From Flavobacteriales bacterium (GTDB taxonomy: Bacteria; Bacteroidota; Bacteroidia; UBA4408): a stretch of 48,879 nucleotides of DNA. The stretch is from NCBI GenBank assembly GCA_040383885.1, contig JBEICQ010000003.1:1-48879 (forward strand). The letters are read 5' to 3'. The notes under the pieces were generated by a model. The model did no database searches. It worked only from the letters and a program-made list of their open reading frames with translations, and was not told the origin of the DNA. The first letter of the stretch is position 1. Each line of letters begins with the position of its first letter. The translations under genes were made by a program, and so were the position numbers. Of the stretch, positions 39,392 to 48,332 are shown one piece after another.

Positions 39392-39631
39392 AAAAGAAAA
39401 TCCCTGCGATACGATTTGGGAACATGCGCAAGGCATTTCTGATTTGGTGCAGTTTGTCATCATTGCATCCTTAAACAACAAGGAGTTTGACCTCTCCGAG
39501 GCTATCAAGGGAATCACTACATCGGAAAATTAATTTAGTCCCTCTGGTGCATTCTTTTTAGCAAGGGTGTCTTCAAACAGCGAAAGATTTTGATAGAATG
39601 AATTTTACAGCAATACCAGCAGGTACTTTTT
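39392..39631 (+). ncRNA. Candidate structured non-coding RNA (possibly 6S-like)
   Basis: Several hand-found helices with G-U pairs favouring the + strand, a near-consensus -7 element (GAAGTTTG, 39379-39386) upstream and a T tract downstream. Confidence 0.5.
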
Positions 39632-39636
39632 GCCCA

Positions 39637-40707
39637 TCAAACCATTCCTGTAGTGTTTCTTACATCGGTGAAATCGCGCAAACGATTTCCAATCATCATA
39701 AAGGAGAGCACAAGCAGCATGATGCAAATGCCGGGATAAATCGCCAGATAAGCACCATCCATCGTGATAAACCCATAGTGATCTTTGATAATACCTCCCC
39801 AGGAGGCCATAGGCGCTTGCGCACCAATACCTAAAAAACTCAATCCTGCTTCAAGTAAAATGGCATTGGCAAAATTACCTGCAGCCATTACAATCAAGGG
39901 ACCCCAGGCATTGGGCAGCATATGACGAAAAATCATTCTGGCGTGACCAAATCCCATGAGTTTGGCTGCCATCACATATTCCCGTTCCCGCAATGAAATA
40001 AATTGTCCTCTTACCATTCGGGCAACATCTACCCACATGGAACAACCAACGGCAACAAATACCTGCCAAAATCCTTTGCCAAACAGGAGCGTAATTGCCA
40101 TAACCAAAAGCAAGGTGGGGATAGCCCAAATGACATTAAAAAACCAGGAGATAAAAATGTCCGTTCTTCCTCCGAGATAGCCTGCAAGTGCGCCCAATGA
40201 GATACCAATGAGCAAAGAAATACCTACGGCTATAAAACCGACAGAGAAAGAGATCAGCGAGCCTGCCATTAGCCGGCTAAGGAAGTCCCTGCCAAACTTA
40301 TCGGTACCCAGCCAGAATGTTTTTTTTACGATGAGCTTATCCATCGGGAGATCTACAAGCTCAGATTTGGGTATTAAACGACTGGTGATTGCCTTTCGGC
40401 CTACAATTACCTGCGCTTCGATGCCGGTTGAAGTGATTTTATAATCTTTTACAGGAATCAGTTTGGACGCCTGAGCATGACCTCCGAAAAGGAGACCGGA
40501 AAAAAAATCCTTGTTTTCAGGAATGCCTTCCGGATAAATAAAATAACAAGTGAACCCGGGTGTCATGCGCGCCACCGGTAAGCACATTTGGTTTGCATGC
40601 ATGCATGCATCGGGCCGGATGTTGGCGCCAAGCAGACAGACCATGAAAACAAGACCTATAAAAATTTGCGGAAGCCAGGCCGCAAAACGCATCAAATGTG
40701 GTAGCAT
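39637..40707 (-). CDS. Peptide/nickel ABC transporter permease (DppC/OppC family)
   Basis: WLGTDKFGRDFLSR, EAA-like REYVMAAKLMG..RHMLPN and EAGLSFLGIG. Confidence 0.88.
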   Translation of the reverse strand: MLPHLMRFAAWLPQIFIGLVFMVCLLGANIRPDACMHANQMCLPVARMTPGFTCYFIYPEGIPENKDFFSGLLFGGHAQASKLIPVKDYKITSTGIEAQVIVGRKAITSRLIPKSELVDLPMDKLIVKKTFWLGTDKFGRDFLSRLMAGSLISFSVGFIAVGISLLIGISLGALAGYLGGRTDIFISWFFNVIWAIPTLLLVMAITLLFGKGFWQVFVAVGCSMWVDVARMVRGQFISLREREYVMAAKLMGFGHARMIFRHMLPNAWGPLIVMAAGNFANAILLEAGLSFLGIGAQAPMASWGGIIKDHYGFITMDGAYLAIYPGICIMLLVLSFMMIGNRLRDFTDVRNTTGMV

Positions 40708-40712
40708 TTTCC

Positions 40713-40749
40713 CAAAGATAGTTGAAACAAAGGCTTTGTATTACTTTTG
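40713..40749. promoter_or_regulatory. Back-to-back divergent -7 elements
   Basis: TATCTTTG on the minus strand (40713-40720) and TACTTTTG on the plus strand (40742-40749). Confidence 0.5.
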
Positions 40750-40758
40750 TTACCACTT

Positions 40759-41280
40759 ATGGGACTCAAACCAAAAAAAGCATCAGAAACCCTTGCTGTT
40801 TCGACTATAATTGTTTTACCAAACGACACCAATACCATCGGCAACATGATGGGTGGCAGGCTGCTGCATCACCTGGATGTGGTGGGTGCCATAGCTGCTC
40901 ACCGCTTGTGCCACAGGGTGGTGGTAACAGCGGCAGTAAACAATGTATCTTTCAATCAACCTATTAAACTGGCAGATATCGTAACGCTGGAAGCCAAAGT
41001 GTCTCGTTCATTTACCACCTCCATGGAGGTTTGTATTGATGTGTATGTAGAAAATCATGCCAACGGATCAAAAACAAAATGCAACGAAGCTATCTATACC
41101 TTTGTTGCAGTTGATCAGATTGGAAGTCCGATTGCCGTACCGGAGATAATTCCTGAAACGCCGCTTGAAACAGAAAGATACAATGCCGCACTTCGGAGAA
41201 GGCAATTGAGCCTGATTCTCGCAGGCAAGTTAAAACCTGATGATGCCACAGAGTTAAAATCTTTATTCAGTAAACCCTAA
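40759..41280 (+). CDS. Hotdog-fold acyl-CoA thioesterase
   Basis: LPNDTNTIGNMMGGRLL..D, VVTAAV, TSMEV and YTFVAVD. Confidence 0.9.
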   Translation: MGLKPKKASETLAVSTIIVLPNDTNTIGNMMGGRLLHHLDVVGAIAAHRLCHRVVVTAAVNNVSFNQPIKLADIVTLEAKVSRSFTTSMEVCIDVYVENHANGSKTKCNEAIYTFVAVDQIGSPIAVPEIIPETPLETERYNAALRRRQLSLILAGKLKPDDATELKSLFSKP

Positions 41281-41281
41281 G

Positions 41282-43489
41282 ATGCTAAAAAAAATCCTCT
41301 ACAGCCTTCTTGTCATTCCTGTAGCGGGATTTTTTATTTATCTGTATATCCACAACAAACAAAATCGGGAAGCGCCACCTCGTTTTTTACAACTGATGCC
41401 AAACGGTTGGCAGGAAGTGTATTGGTATGAAGAAGGCAGGAAAGACGCACACACCGGGCTTTTGCAAGAAGCAAGCGCCTTACCGGACAGCAACAATTTT
41501 ACCAAAAAGAACAGGGCCTTGTTGCGTCTGCTGGAACCTATGATCAGTGAGCCTTTTGCCCTTGCCCTATATCCGGCAACAAAAGGTTTTTTATGGATGA
41601 TTCGATTACCGGATAAAACACCACTGAGTATCCTTGAATCCCATTGCAAGAAAAACAGATTCACATTCACTTCTGCCAACAACAATGAGGGAACCATTGG
41701 CTATGGTTCAGATGTTTGGCATGTATGTATCAAAAGAGGGATTCTTTTTCTTTCCAATACAGAAATCATAATAAAAGCGGCAGCAGCCAGACTAAATGAA
41801 ACTGAAAACAATGTTTCCCTTAAAATCACCTCCCTGCTAAGCAGCATTCCGGGCTCATATGCTTTTTCAAAAATCAGTATACGGCAAGGTGGAGATACCC
41901 TACTGGAAAAGGTTAAGTTGCGCGGGAGTTTCAGCGAAATCATCGGATTACAGCTGAACAGCCTGAAGCAGAAAAAAGAAGATCCCACCACTGATTCTAA
42001 ACTCAAACTGTGGTCACTCTTGCCTGTAAACACCCTCTCTGCTGTAGGAATGGCAGTACCCGAAAACAAATTGAAATACATTGAAGCCTGTCGCCTGACC
42101 ATGGCGGGATTCAAACATCCTGCCTTCCTGATTTTTCACAACAATGATTCCATTAAAGCAACAGAAGCCGGGGAAATCATCAATAAAATGTTCGGCAAAT
42201 TACCCGAAGGACTCAAGGTGGGCACCTGCGATGAAAAACTTGCATGCCTTACTGCTGATACCAACCAGTTGGCTGCGATGATGTATATGCATCAATCAGG
42301 ACTCACAACAGGAAAAGATTCAACCTTTTCCGGTTTTAAACAACATGATGGAAGCTACTGGACATGGACTGGTGCAACTGCAGACGGCAACATGATGACA
42401 AGCACGCTGAAGATAAATGCCCGCATCAATACCATGCAAGGCTGTTATATTCAAAACTGCAGCAGCATGCCCTATAACCGATATTTTGTGCCTGTTGGTA
42501 TTAAGGAGCATGCTGATAGCATTGAAGATTGCATAGGCTTTGAATTAAAAAACATAAAACACTTTGTGTTTTGTTACAGAAGCCTCGTGATGATGGTTGA
42601 TGAAAACGGAAGTTTGGTATGGAAAAAGAAAATGTCTCTTCCACTCATGGGTGAAATTACACTGATGCGTTCAAAAAGTGATGGGTATCGAATCCTTTGT
42701 AACACGGCAGACAGCATTTATGCTTTTACTCCTCAAGGAAAAAGTGCCAAAGGATTTCCTGTTTTTATCGCCGGAAAAACACAATACCCACTGCATGTTT
42801 TATACAATCATCAGGAGCCGGACTATCGTATTTCACTGAGTACCCGAAAAGGAAAAATTCTGGTGATAAAATCCAACGGGAAAAAACCGGAAGATTTTAA
42901 ACCTTCAGATTTGCCTGCACCGGCAAGTCGGATTTATGGTGTATTTAAAGGAGATAAAAAGTGTTATTACTATATTGATAGTGTTCAAAACCTCATAGAA
43001 TTTAGCGGAAAAGGAAAACTGACATCAACTGACAGTATCGTCCTCCGAAAAGAAAATATCAGGTGTTATGATTTGTCATCCCGACCGGGTGGAGAACTGT
43101 TTTTAACCCTGGCCGACAACCAGGGAAATCTCACAGCCATTGACCTGGGAAAAGAAAAATCCATCAACTGCAAAAGCGGATTAAAAGGGCTTACCGCTTG
43201 CTCTTATGCGGGCGAAGGAAACTTTGCCGTAGGCATTGGAAATGCCTATTATCTCTTGAATGAGCATGGAAAAATTATACGAAAATCTTCTCAGGCAAAA
43301 GCGATGAAAGATGTTTTTACACCTTACAGCGATAGAGAATATGCATGGTTTGATGGAAGAAAAACAGAGTTTTTTAAATCGAAATCCTCAACTGCTGCCC
43401 TTGTTTGGGGTAAAAAGATAGCCTCATTGATATACACGGATTCCTCCACAAATATCTGGTTTGCCGATGGTCGCTTGTTGAGGCAATAA
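41282..43489 (+). CDS. Membrane-anchored hypothetical protein with a probable C-terminal beta-propeller (distantly DUF3352-like)
   Basis: Single N-terminal TM; C-terminal beta repeats (ENGSLVWK, KGFPV, GNLTAID). Family call is tentative. Confidence 0.5.
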   Translation: MLKKILYSLLVIPVAGFFIYLYIHNKQNREAPPRFLQLMPNGWQEVYWYEEGRKDAHTGLLQEASALPDSNNFTKKNRALLRLLEPMISEPFALALYPATKGFLWMIRLPDKTPLSILESHCKKNRFTFTSANNNEGTIGYGSDVWHVCIKRGILFLSNTEIIIKAAAARLNETENNVSLKITSLLSSIPGSYAFSKISIRQGGDTLLEKVKLRGSFSEIIGLQLNSLKQKKEDPTTDSKLKLWSLLPVNTLSAVGMAVPENKLKYIEACRLTMAGFKHPAFLIFHNNDSIKATEAGEIINKMFGKLPEGLKVGTCDEKLACLTADTNQLAAMMYMHQSGLTTGKDSTFSGFKQHDGSYWTWTGATADGNMMTSTLKINARINTMQGCYIQNCSSMPYNRYFVPVGIKEHADSIEDCIGFELKNIKHFVFCYRSLVMMVDENGSLVWKKKMSLPLMGEITLMRSKSDGYRILCNTADSIYAFTPQGKSAKGFPVFIAGKTQYPLHVLYNHQEPDYRISLSTRKGKILVIKSNGKKPEDFKPSDLPAPASRIYGVFKGDKKCYYYIDSVQNLIEFSGKGKLTSTDSIVLRKENIRCYDLSSRPGGELFLTLADNQGNLTAIDLGKEKSINCKSGLKGLTACSYAGEGNFAVGIGNAYYLLNEHGKIIRKSSQAKAMKDVFTPYSDREYAWFDGRKTEFFKSKSSTAALVWGKKIASLIYTDSSTNIWFADGRLLRQ

Positions 43490-43579
43490 GAGATTAGCAG
43501 AGGGGAATCCAAAACAAAAAAGGCTTAGAGGCCAGTCAAAAAATATCTTCATTAGAATGACTACTGAACCGTGGAGTGC

Positions 43580-44038
43580 TCAGTTGCGCAAAAGAATGTA
43601 TGCGTTTAGCGAGCAGGCAATACAGAGCCAAAGCACATAAGGCAAGAGCAGTACTACCTGTATGGGTTTGGATGTAAAAAACAAAAATGCACTCACAGAA
43701 AGCAGCAATAAGAAGATACAAATCATGGCCCATCCCGTAAGATGCCAAGCAAAAAACAAAGGATTCCATGATACATTCAGTGCCCATTGAATGGTATAGA
43801 GAAAAACAATCGGATAGAATTGTTCTTTTTCTTTTGTGAGCTGGGCCATCAAAAAAGAAAAGCAAACCATGATGCTTGTCCATGCAAAGCCGAAAACCCA
43901 ACCCGGTGGCGTCCATGGGGCTTTATTGAGTTGCCTGTACCAGTCAGAAACCACTCCTTTGCCTGTAAATAAACCACCCAGTGCAAGCGCTCCAAAATTG
44001 AGTACAAGAAAAAGTAGAAGGCGCAGTGAAAAAGCCAT
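43580..44038 (-). CDS. tspO: TspO/MBR tryptophan-rich sensory protein
   Basis: WYRQLNKAPWTPPGWVFG.AW, LNVSWNPLFF and LLLPYVLWL. Confidence 0.9.
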   Translation of the reverse strand: MAFSLRLLLFLVLNFGALALGGLFTGKGVVSDWYRQLNKAPWTPPGWVFGFAWTSIMVCFSFLMAQLTKEKEQFYPIVFLYTIQWALNVSWNPLFFAWHLTGWAMICIFLLLLSVSAFLFFTSKPIQVVLLLPYVLWLCIACSLNAYILLRN

Positions 44039-44042
44039 TGTA

Positions 44043-45482
44043 TTATTCCTTAACAAAGCTGAGCTTAAGCATGTTTGCCCTTCCCTTTTCTGTCATAGGC
44101 ATACTCGCAATATTAATCACCAGATCATCCACCTGAACGAGCTTTTCTCTCTTGAGAAATTCCTTGATATCCTTGATGGTATCATCTGTGCTTTCGTATG
44201 TGTTATAATAAAATCCGCGCACACCCCATACCAGACTCATGGTATTGATGAGTGCGGGATTATCAGTAAAAATGAACACATTGGCCCTGGGTCTGTGACT
44301 GCTGATTTTAAACCCTGTGTACCCGGAGTTTGTCATGGTAACAATGGCTGCGGCATTCACCTGTCTGGCCATTACACATGCATTAAAGCAAATTGAGTCA
44401 GAGATATAGGTATGGTTTTTTTCGGTTGGAATATGTTCTTTGAAAAAAATCTGATCACTGGTTTTTTCTACAGCATCAATAATTTTTTTCATGTTCTGAA
44501 TCACTACCACCGGATACTTTCCAACGGAAGTTTCGCCACTCAGCATGACGGCATCTGCACCATCGAGCACAGCATTGGCAACATCATTTACCTCTGCTCT
44601 CGTAGGAGCATAATTGGTAATCATGGTTTCCATCATCTGTGTGGCGATGATAACCGGCTTGGATGCAGCGATGGCTTTGGTAACAATCATCTTCTGCATG
44701 AGGGGTACCTCTTCCATGGGCATTTCCACCCCCAGGTCACCACGGGCAACCATGATGGCATCAGCCATCTCAACAATCTGAACAATATTTCTGATGGCCT
44801 CAGGTTTTTCAATTTTGGCAACCACCCTTGAAGTCTGGTGCGCTTGTTTGATGCGCTCCTTTAGATCCAATACATCTGTTACGCTGCGAACAAAAGAGAG
44901 ACCAATCCATTCAACTTTGTTTTTCAAAGCAAATTCAAGGTCGGCGAGATCTTTTTCGGTAAGTGAAGGAAGTGAGACCGCGGTGTTGGGTAAGTTAACT
45001 CCTTTTTTGGAAGTAAGCGTACCGCCATTTACAACTGTTGCCTTTACTTCCTTCATCCGATCTGTTGCGGTAACCACAAGTCTAAGTTTACCGTCGTCCA
45101 GAAGAATATGGTCACCCACTTCCACATCCTTGGGAAATTCAGTATAATTAATACTGATTCTTTGAGCAGTGCCTTCGCAATCCTCAGTTGTGATAATTAT
45201 CTCGTTTCCATGAACCAACTCAGCAGCATTTCCTGCGATTTTTCCACAACGGATTTTAGGCCCCTGCAAATCCACGAGGATCGCTACATGGGTATTGTGC
45301 TTGCGATTAATTTCTCTGATGTGATCAATTACTTTCTGATGATCTTCGTATGAACCATGAGAGGAATTGATGCGCGCCACATTCATACCGGCTTCAATCA
45401 TCTTTTCCAGGACTTCGGGTGATGCACTGGCAGGGCCAATGGTTGCTACTATTTTTGTTTTACTCCAGGTGGTATGTTGCAT
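44043..45482 (-). CDS. pyk: Pyruvate kinase
   Basis: TKIVATIGPAS, DLQGPKIR, AKIE, MVARGDLG and DAVMLSGETS. Confidence 0.96.
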   Translation of the reverse strand: MQHTTWSKTKIVATIGPASASPEVLEKMIEAGMNVARINSSHGSYEDHQKVIDHIREINRKHNTHVAILVDLQGPKIRCGKIAGNAAELVHGNEIIITTEDCEGTAQRISINYTEFPKDVEVGDHILLDDGKLRLVVTATDRMKEVKATVVNGGTLTSKKGVNLPNTAVSLPSLTEKDLADLEFALKNKVEWIGLSFVRSVTDVLDLKERIKQAHQTSRVVAKIEKPEAIRNIVQIVEMADAIMVARGDLGVEMPMEEVPLMQKMIVTKAIAASKPVIIATQMMETMITNYAPTRAEVNDVANAVLDGADAVMLSGETSVGKYPVVVIQNMKKIIDAVEKTSDQIFFKEHIPTEKNHTYISDSICFNACVMARQVNAAAIVTMTNSGYTGFKISSHRPRANVFIFTDNPALINTMSLVWGVRGFYYNTYESTDDTIKDIKEFLKREKLVQVDDLVINIASMPMTEKGRANMLKLSFVKE

Positions 45483-45495
45483 GTGCGCGTTTTGG

Positions 45496-45966
45496 TTAAA
45501 AGAGAAGGTTATATTTTGAAGGTACTTTTTCAGGGTCGAGCAAAAACATACTGCTCACCTCCGGAATACTACCAATTGCAGAAAGAATATCCTGCCATGC
45601 ATTCTCCGGCAGGTAGGCAGTCTGTAACATCAGAACATAATTTAAATTTTTCAATTCAGGAAGCAGCCAACCGGAAGAGCCCTGGTTGGATAGTAAGAAA
45701 TACCGGCGATAAAGGATTTTATCATTGTATTCAAAAATACTATGAGTACTTAGGCTTTCATCGGTCTCTTCTTCAAACAGATTTCCTTTGATTGATGTTG
45801 TTTTTTCGGAGGTAAAAATTTCAATGTCCTCCCGATTTCTACTGAGGGAAAGACCCATTGCAAGATTTATTTCATAGGCAAGTGTGTGCTCCTTGCAGGA
45901 GGCAACTATCCCTGCCATGCTGATTTCTTCCGGCCAATAGAGTGATATTTTCCCGCCTTGCTTCAT
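45496..45966 (-). CDS. IPExxxVDY family protein
   Basis: LAYEIN..L, LLPELKNLNY and C-terminal NLLF; typical position between rnc and pyk in Bacteroidota. Confidence 0.72.
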   Translation of the reverse strand: MKQGGKISLYWPEEISMAGIVASCKEHTLAYEINLAMGLSLSRNREDIEIFTSEKTTSIKGNLFEEETDESLSTHSIFEYNDKILYRRYFLLSNQGSSGWLLPELKNLNYVLMLQTAYLPENAWQDILSAIGSIPEVSSMFLLDPEKVPSKYNLLF

Positions 45967-46026
45967 GGTGTAAAATTAACACCAAATGTAGCCATTATGC
46001 CGGTAAGGACAAGTTGAATAAAAATT

Positions 46027-46737
46027 TTACAGATTTTTAATAAACAGTTCTGAAGCATGTTGTTCGGCCGCTTTTTTAGAACTGCCTTTGCCTTCAGAAA
46101 CAGCCGTGCCATTTACATACAAGCGCAAATGGTAGAAATCAGATCGTCCTCTTCCACCCTCCCTGATAATTTCGAACTGGTATGTTTTTTTTTCTTTTTG
46201 TACATGCGCAAGAAGTTGACTTTTGTAATCATTATCAATATTCTCGAGGGCATCCACATCAATATGAATGGCAATGATTCTGCGGATCATGCAGCGAGAA
46301 GCCACATGGTATCCTTTGTCCATAAACAGAGCGCCAATGATAGCTTCAAATACATCTCCCTCAATGGTTCTGGAGGTGCCGTTGAGGCTGTGCTCAATAA
46401 ATCTTCCGAAGCCCATTTTGCGTGAAAGGGCAGATAAATTTTCCCTACTTACAATGCGTGAACGCAGTTTGGTAAGAAACCCTTCGTCTCTGAAGGGATA
46501 TTTTTTGTAGAGATAGGACGCCACCGAGGCACCAATGATTGAATCACCTAAAAACTCGAGTCGCTCATTTGAATCTTTCATGCCATGAAGCGTGGGCAGT
46601 GAGGCAGATTTATGCCTGAGTGCCTGCTTATAAAGAGCTATATTATAAGGTTGTTCGCCAAGCACATTTCTTAAAAAAAGAAAAAGCTCGCGGTCGTTTC
46701 CGTAAAAATGAGGTGATAAAAATGCCGGCTTCAGCAA
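46027..46737 (-). CDS. rnc: Ribonuclease III
   Basis: NERLEFLGDS, DVFEAIIGA and dsRBD motif DYKSQL..SKKAAEQ. Confidence 0.95.
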   Translation of the reverse strand: MLKPAFLSPHFYGNDRELFLFLRNVLGEQPYNIALYKQALRHKSASLPTLHGMKDSNERLEFLGDSIIGASVASYLYKKYPFRDEGFLTKLRSRIVSRENLSALSRKMGFGRFIEHSLNGTSRTIEGDVFEAIIGALFMDKGYHVASRCMIRRIIAIHIDVDALENIDNDYKSQLLAHVQKEKKTYQFEIIREGGRGRSDFYHLRLYVNGTAVSEGKGSSKKAAEQHASELFIKNL

Positions 46738-46751
46738 ATGAGAACAGAAAT

Positions 46752-48008
46752 TTATTCAACCGGATATTTCCGGAAAATAACAGAGGCATTGTGTCCGCCA
46801 AATCCGAATGTATTACTAAGCGCAGCTCTAACTTCCCTTTCCTGAGGCTTATTGAATGTAAAATTCAAGCGGGGATCAAAAGAAGGATCATCGGTGAAGT
46901 GGTTGATGGTTGGAGGAACCATGTTGTTTTTCACTGCCAGGATGGAAGCGATCGATTCAATGGCTCTGGCAGCCCCCAACAAATGACCGGTCATTGACTT
47001 GGTAGAAGAAATGTTCAGGCTGTAGGCATGCTCACCAAAAACTGAGAGTATTGCTTTGGATTCACTCACATCGCCGAGGGGCGTGGATGTTCCATGCACA
47101 TTGATATAATCAATTTCGTTGGCGTGTATCCCTGCATCAGACAGTGCATTTTTCATCACATTGTTGGCTCCCAATCCTTCGGGATGAGGCGCAGTGATAT
47201 GGTAAGCATCGGCGCTCATGCCACCGCCTATGACTTCGGCATATATTTTTGCTCCTCTTTTAAGAGCATGTGTGAGTTCTTCGAGAACGATGGCGCCTGC
47301 TCCCTCTCCTAAAACAAAACCATCGCGATCCAGGTCAAAGGGCCGGGAGGCCGTTTCGGGGGAATCATTGCGGACAGATAATGCCTGCAGGGCATTGAAA
47401 CCTCCCATGCCTGCTTCATTTACGGCTGCTTCCGAACCTCCTGAAAGAATGATGTCAGCCTTTCCCAGACGGATGTAGTTAAATGCGTCTATGAGCGCAT
47501 TGGTAGAGGATGCACAAGCGGAAACTGTGGTGAAATTCGGGCCCCGAAAGCCATATTTGATGCTGATGTGCCCTGAAGCAATATCTGCAATCATTTTAGG
47601 AATGAAAAAGGGATTAAAACGGGGCGTGCCGTCTCCTTTCACAAACTCGGTACACTCATGTAAAAATGTGTCTAATCCTCCGATACCGGATCCCCAGATC
47701 ACACCTACCCTGTCCGGATCGGCATTTTGGGTTGTGATACCGGCATCTCTCACAGCTTCATCTGCCACAACCATGGCATATTGGGAAAACTTGTCGATTT
47801 TTCTGGCTTCCTTACGATCGAAATGCTGGGCAGGATCAAATCCCTTTACCTCGCAGGCAAACTTGGTTTTGAACTTAGAAGCATCGAAATGAGTAATGGG
47901 CGCAGCTCCGCTGCGCCCGCTTACAAGGCCTTTCCAGTAATCTTCAAGGTTGCTTCCGATGGGTGTTAATGCACCCATTCCTGTTACGACAACCCGCTTG
48001 AGCTCCAT
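46752..48008 (-). CDS. fabF: Beta-ketoacyl-ACP synthase II
   Basis: SACASS (catalytic Cys), HGTST, TGHLLG and NTFGFGGHN. Confidence 0.95.
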   Translation of the reverse strand: MELKRVVVTGMGALTPIGSNLEDYWKGLVSGRSGAAPITHFDASKFKTKFACEVKGFDPAQHFDRKEARKIDKFSQYAMVVADEAVRDAGITTQNADPDRVGVIWGSGIGGLDTFLHECTEFVKGDGTPRFNPFFIPKMIADIASGHISIKYGFRGPNFTTVSACASSTNALIDAFNYIRLGKADIILSGGSEAAVNEAGMGGFNALQALSVRNDSPETASRPFDLDRDGFVLGEGAGAIVLEELTHALKRGAKIYAEVIGGGMSADAYHITAPHPEGLGANNVMKNALSDAGIHANEIDYINVHGTSTPLGDVSESKAILSVFGEHAYSLNISSTKSMTGHLLGAARAIESIASILAVKNNMVPPTINHFTDDPSFDPRLNFTFNKPQEREVRAALSNTFGFGGHNASVIFRKYPVE

Positions 48009-48023
48009 GTGGGAACGGAAAAT

Positions 48024-48260
48024 TTATTTTACGTTGGCTTCGATGTAGGAGATAGCCTGTCCAACGGTGCTGATGTTTTCAGCCTGATCGTCAGGAATGG
48101 CAATATTGAATTCCTTTTCAAACTCCATGATCAACTCGACGGTGTCGAGTGAGTCAGCACCCAAATCATTGGTGAAACTGGCTTCGGTTGTTACTTCTTT
48201 TTCGTCTACGCCGAGTTTGTCAACAATGATGGCTTTAACTCTTGATGCAATGTCAGACAT
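48024..48260 (-). CDS. acpP: Acyl carrier protein
   Basis: [12 protein letters not shown] phosphopantetheine motif. Confidence 0.97.
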   Translation of the reverse strand: MSDIASRVKAIIVDKLGVDEKEVTTEASFTNDLGADSLDTVELIMEFEKEFNIAIPDDQAENISTVGQAISYIEANVK

Positions 48261-48332
48261 GTTGTTTTTTTTTGTGGTTATTTATGCTGCAAATAAAAGG
48301 ATTTCTTTAAAGCCAAACAAATCAAAATTTTC

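Noticed and set aside
39598-39834. 78-aa ORF overlapping the candidate ncRNA 3' end
   Set aside because: Mostly antisense to the DppC-like gene, with no coding features.
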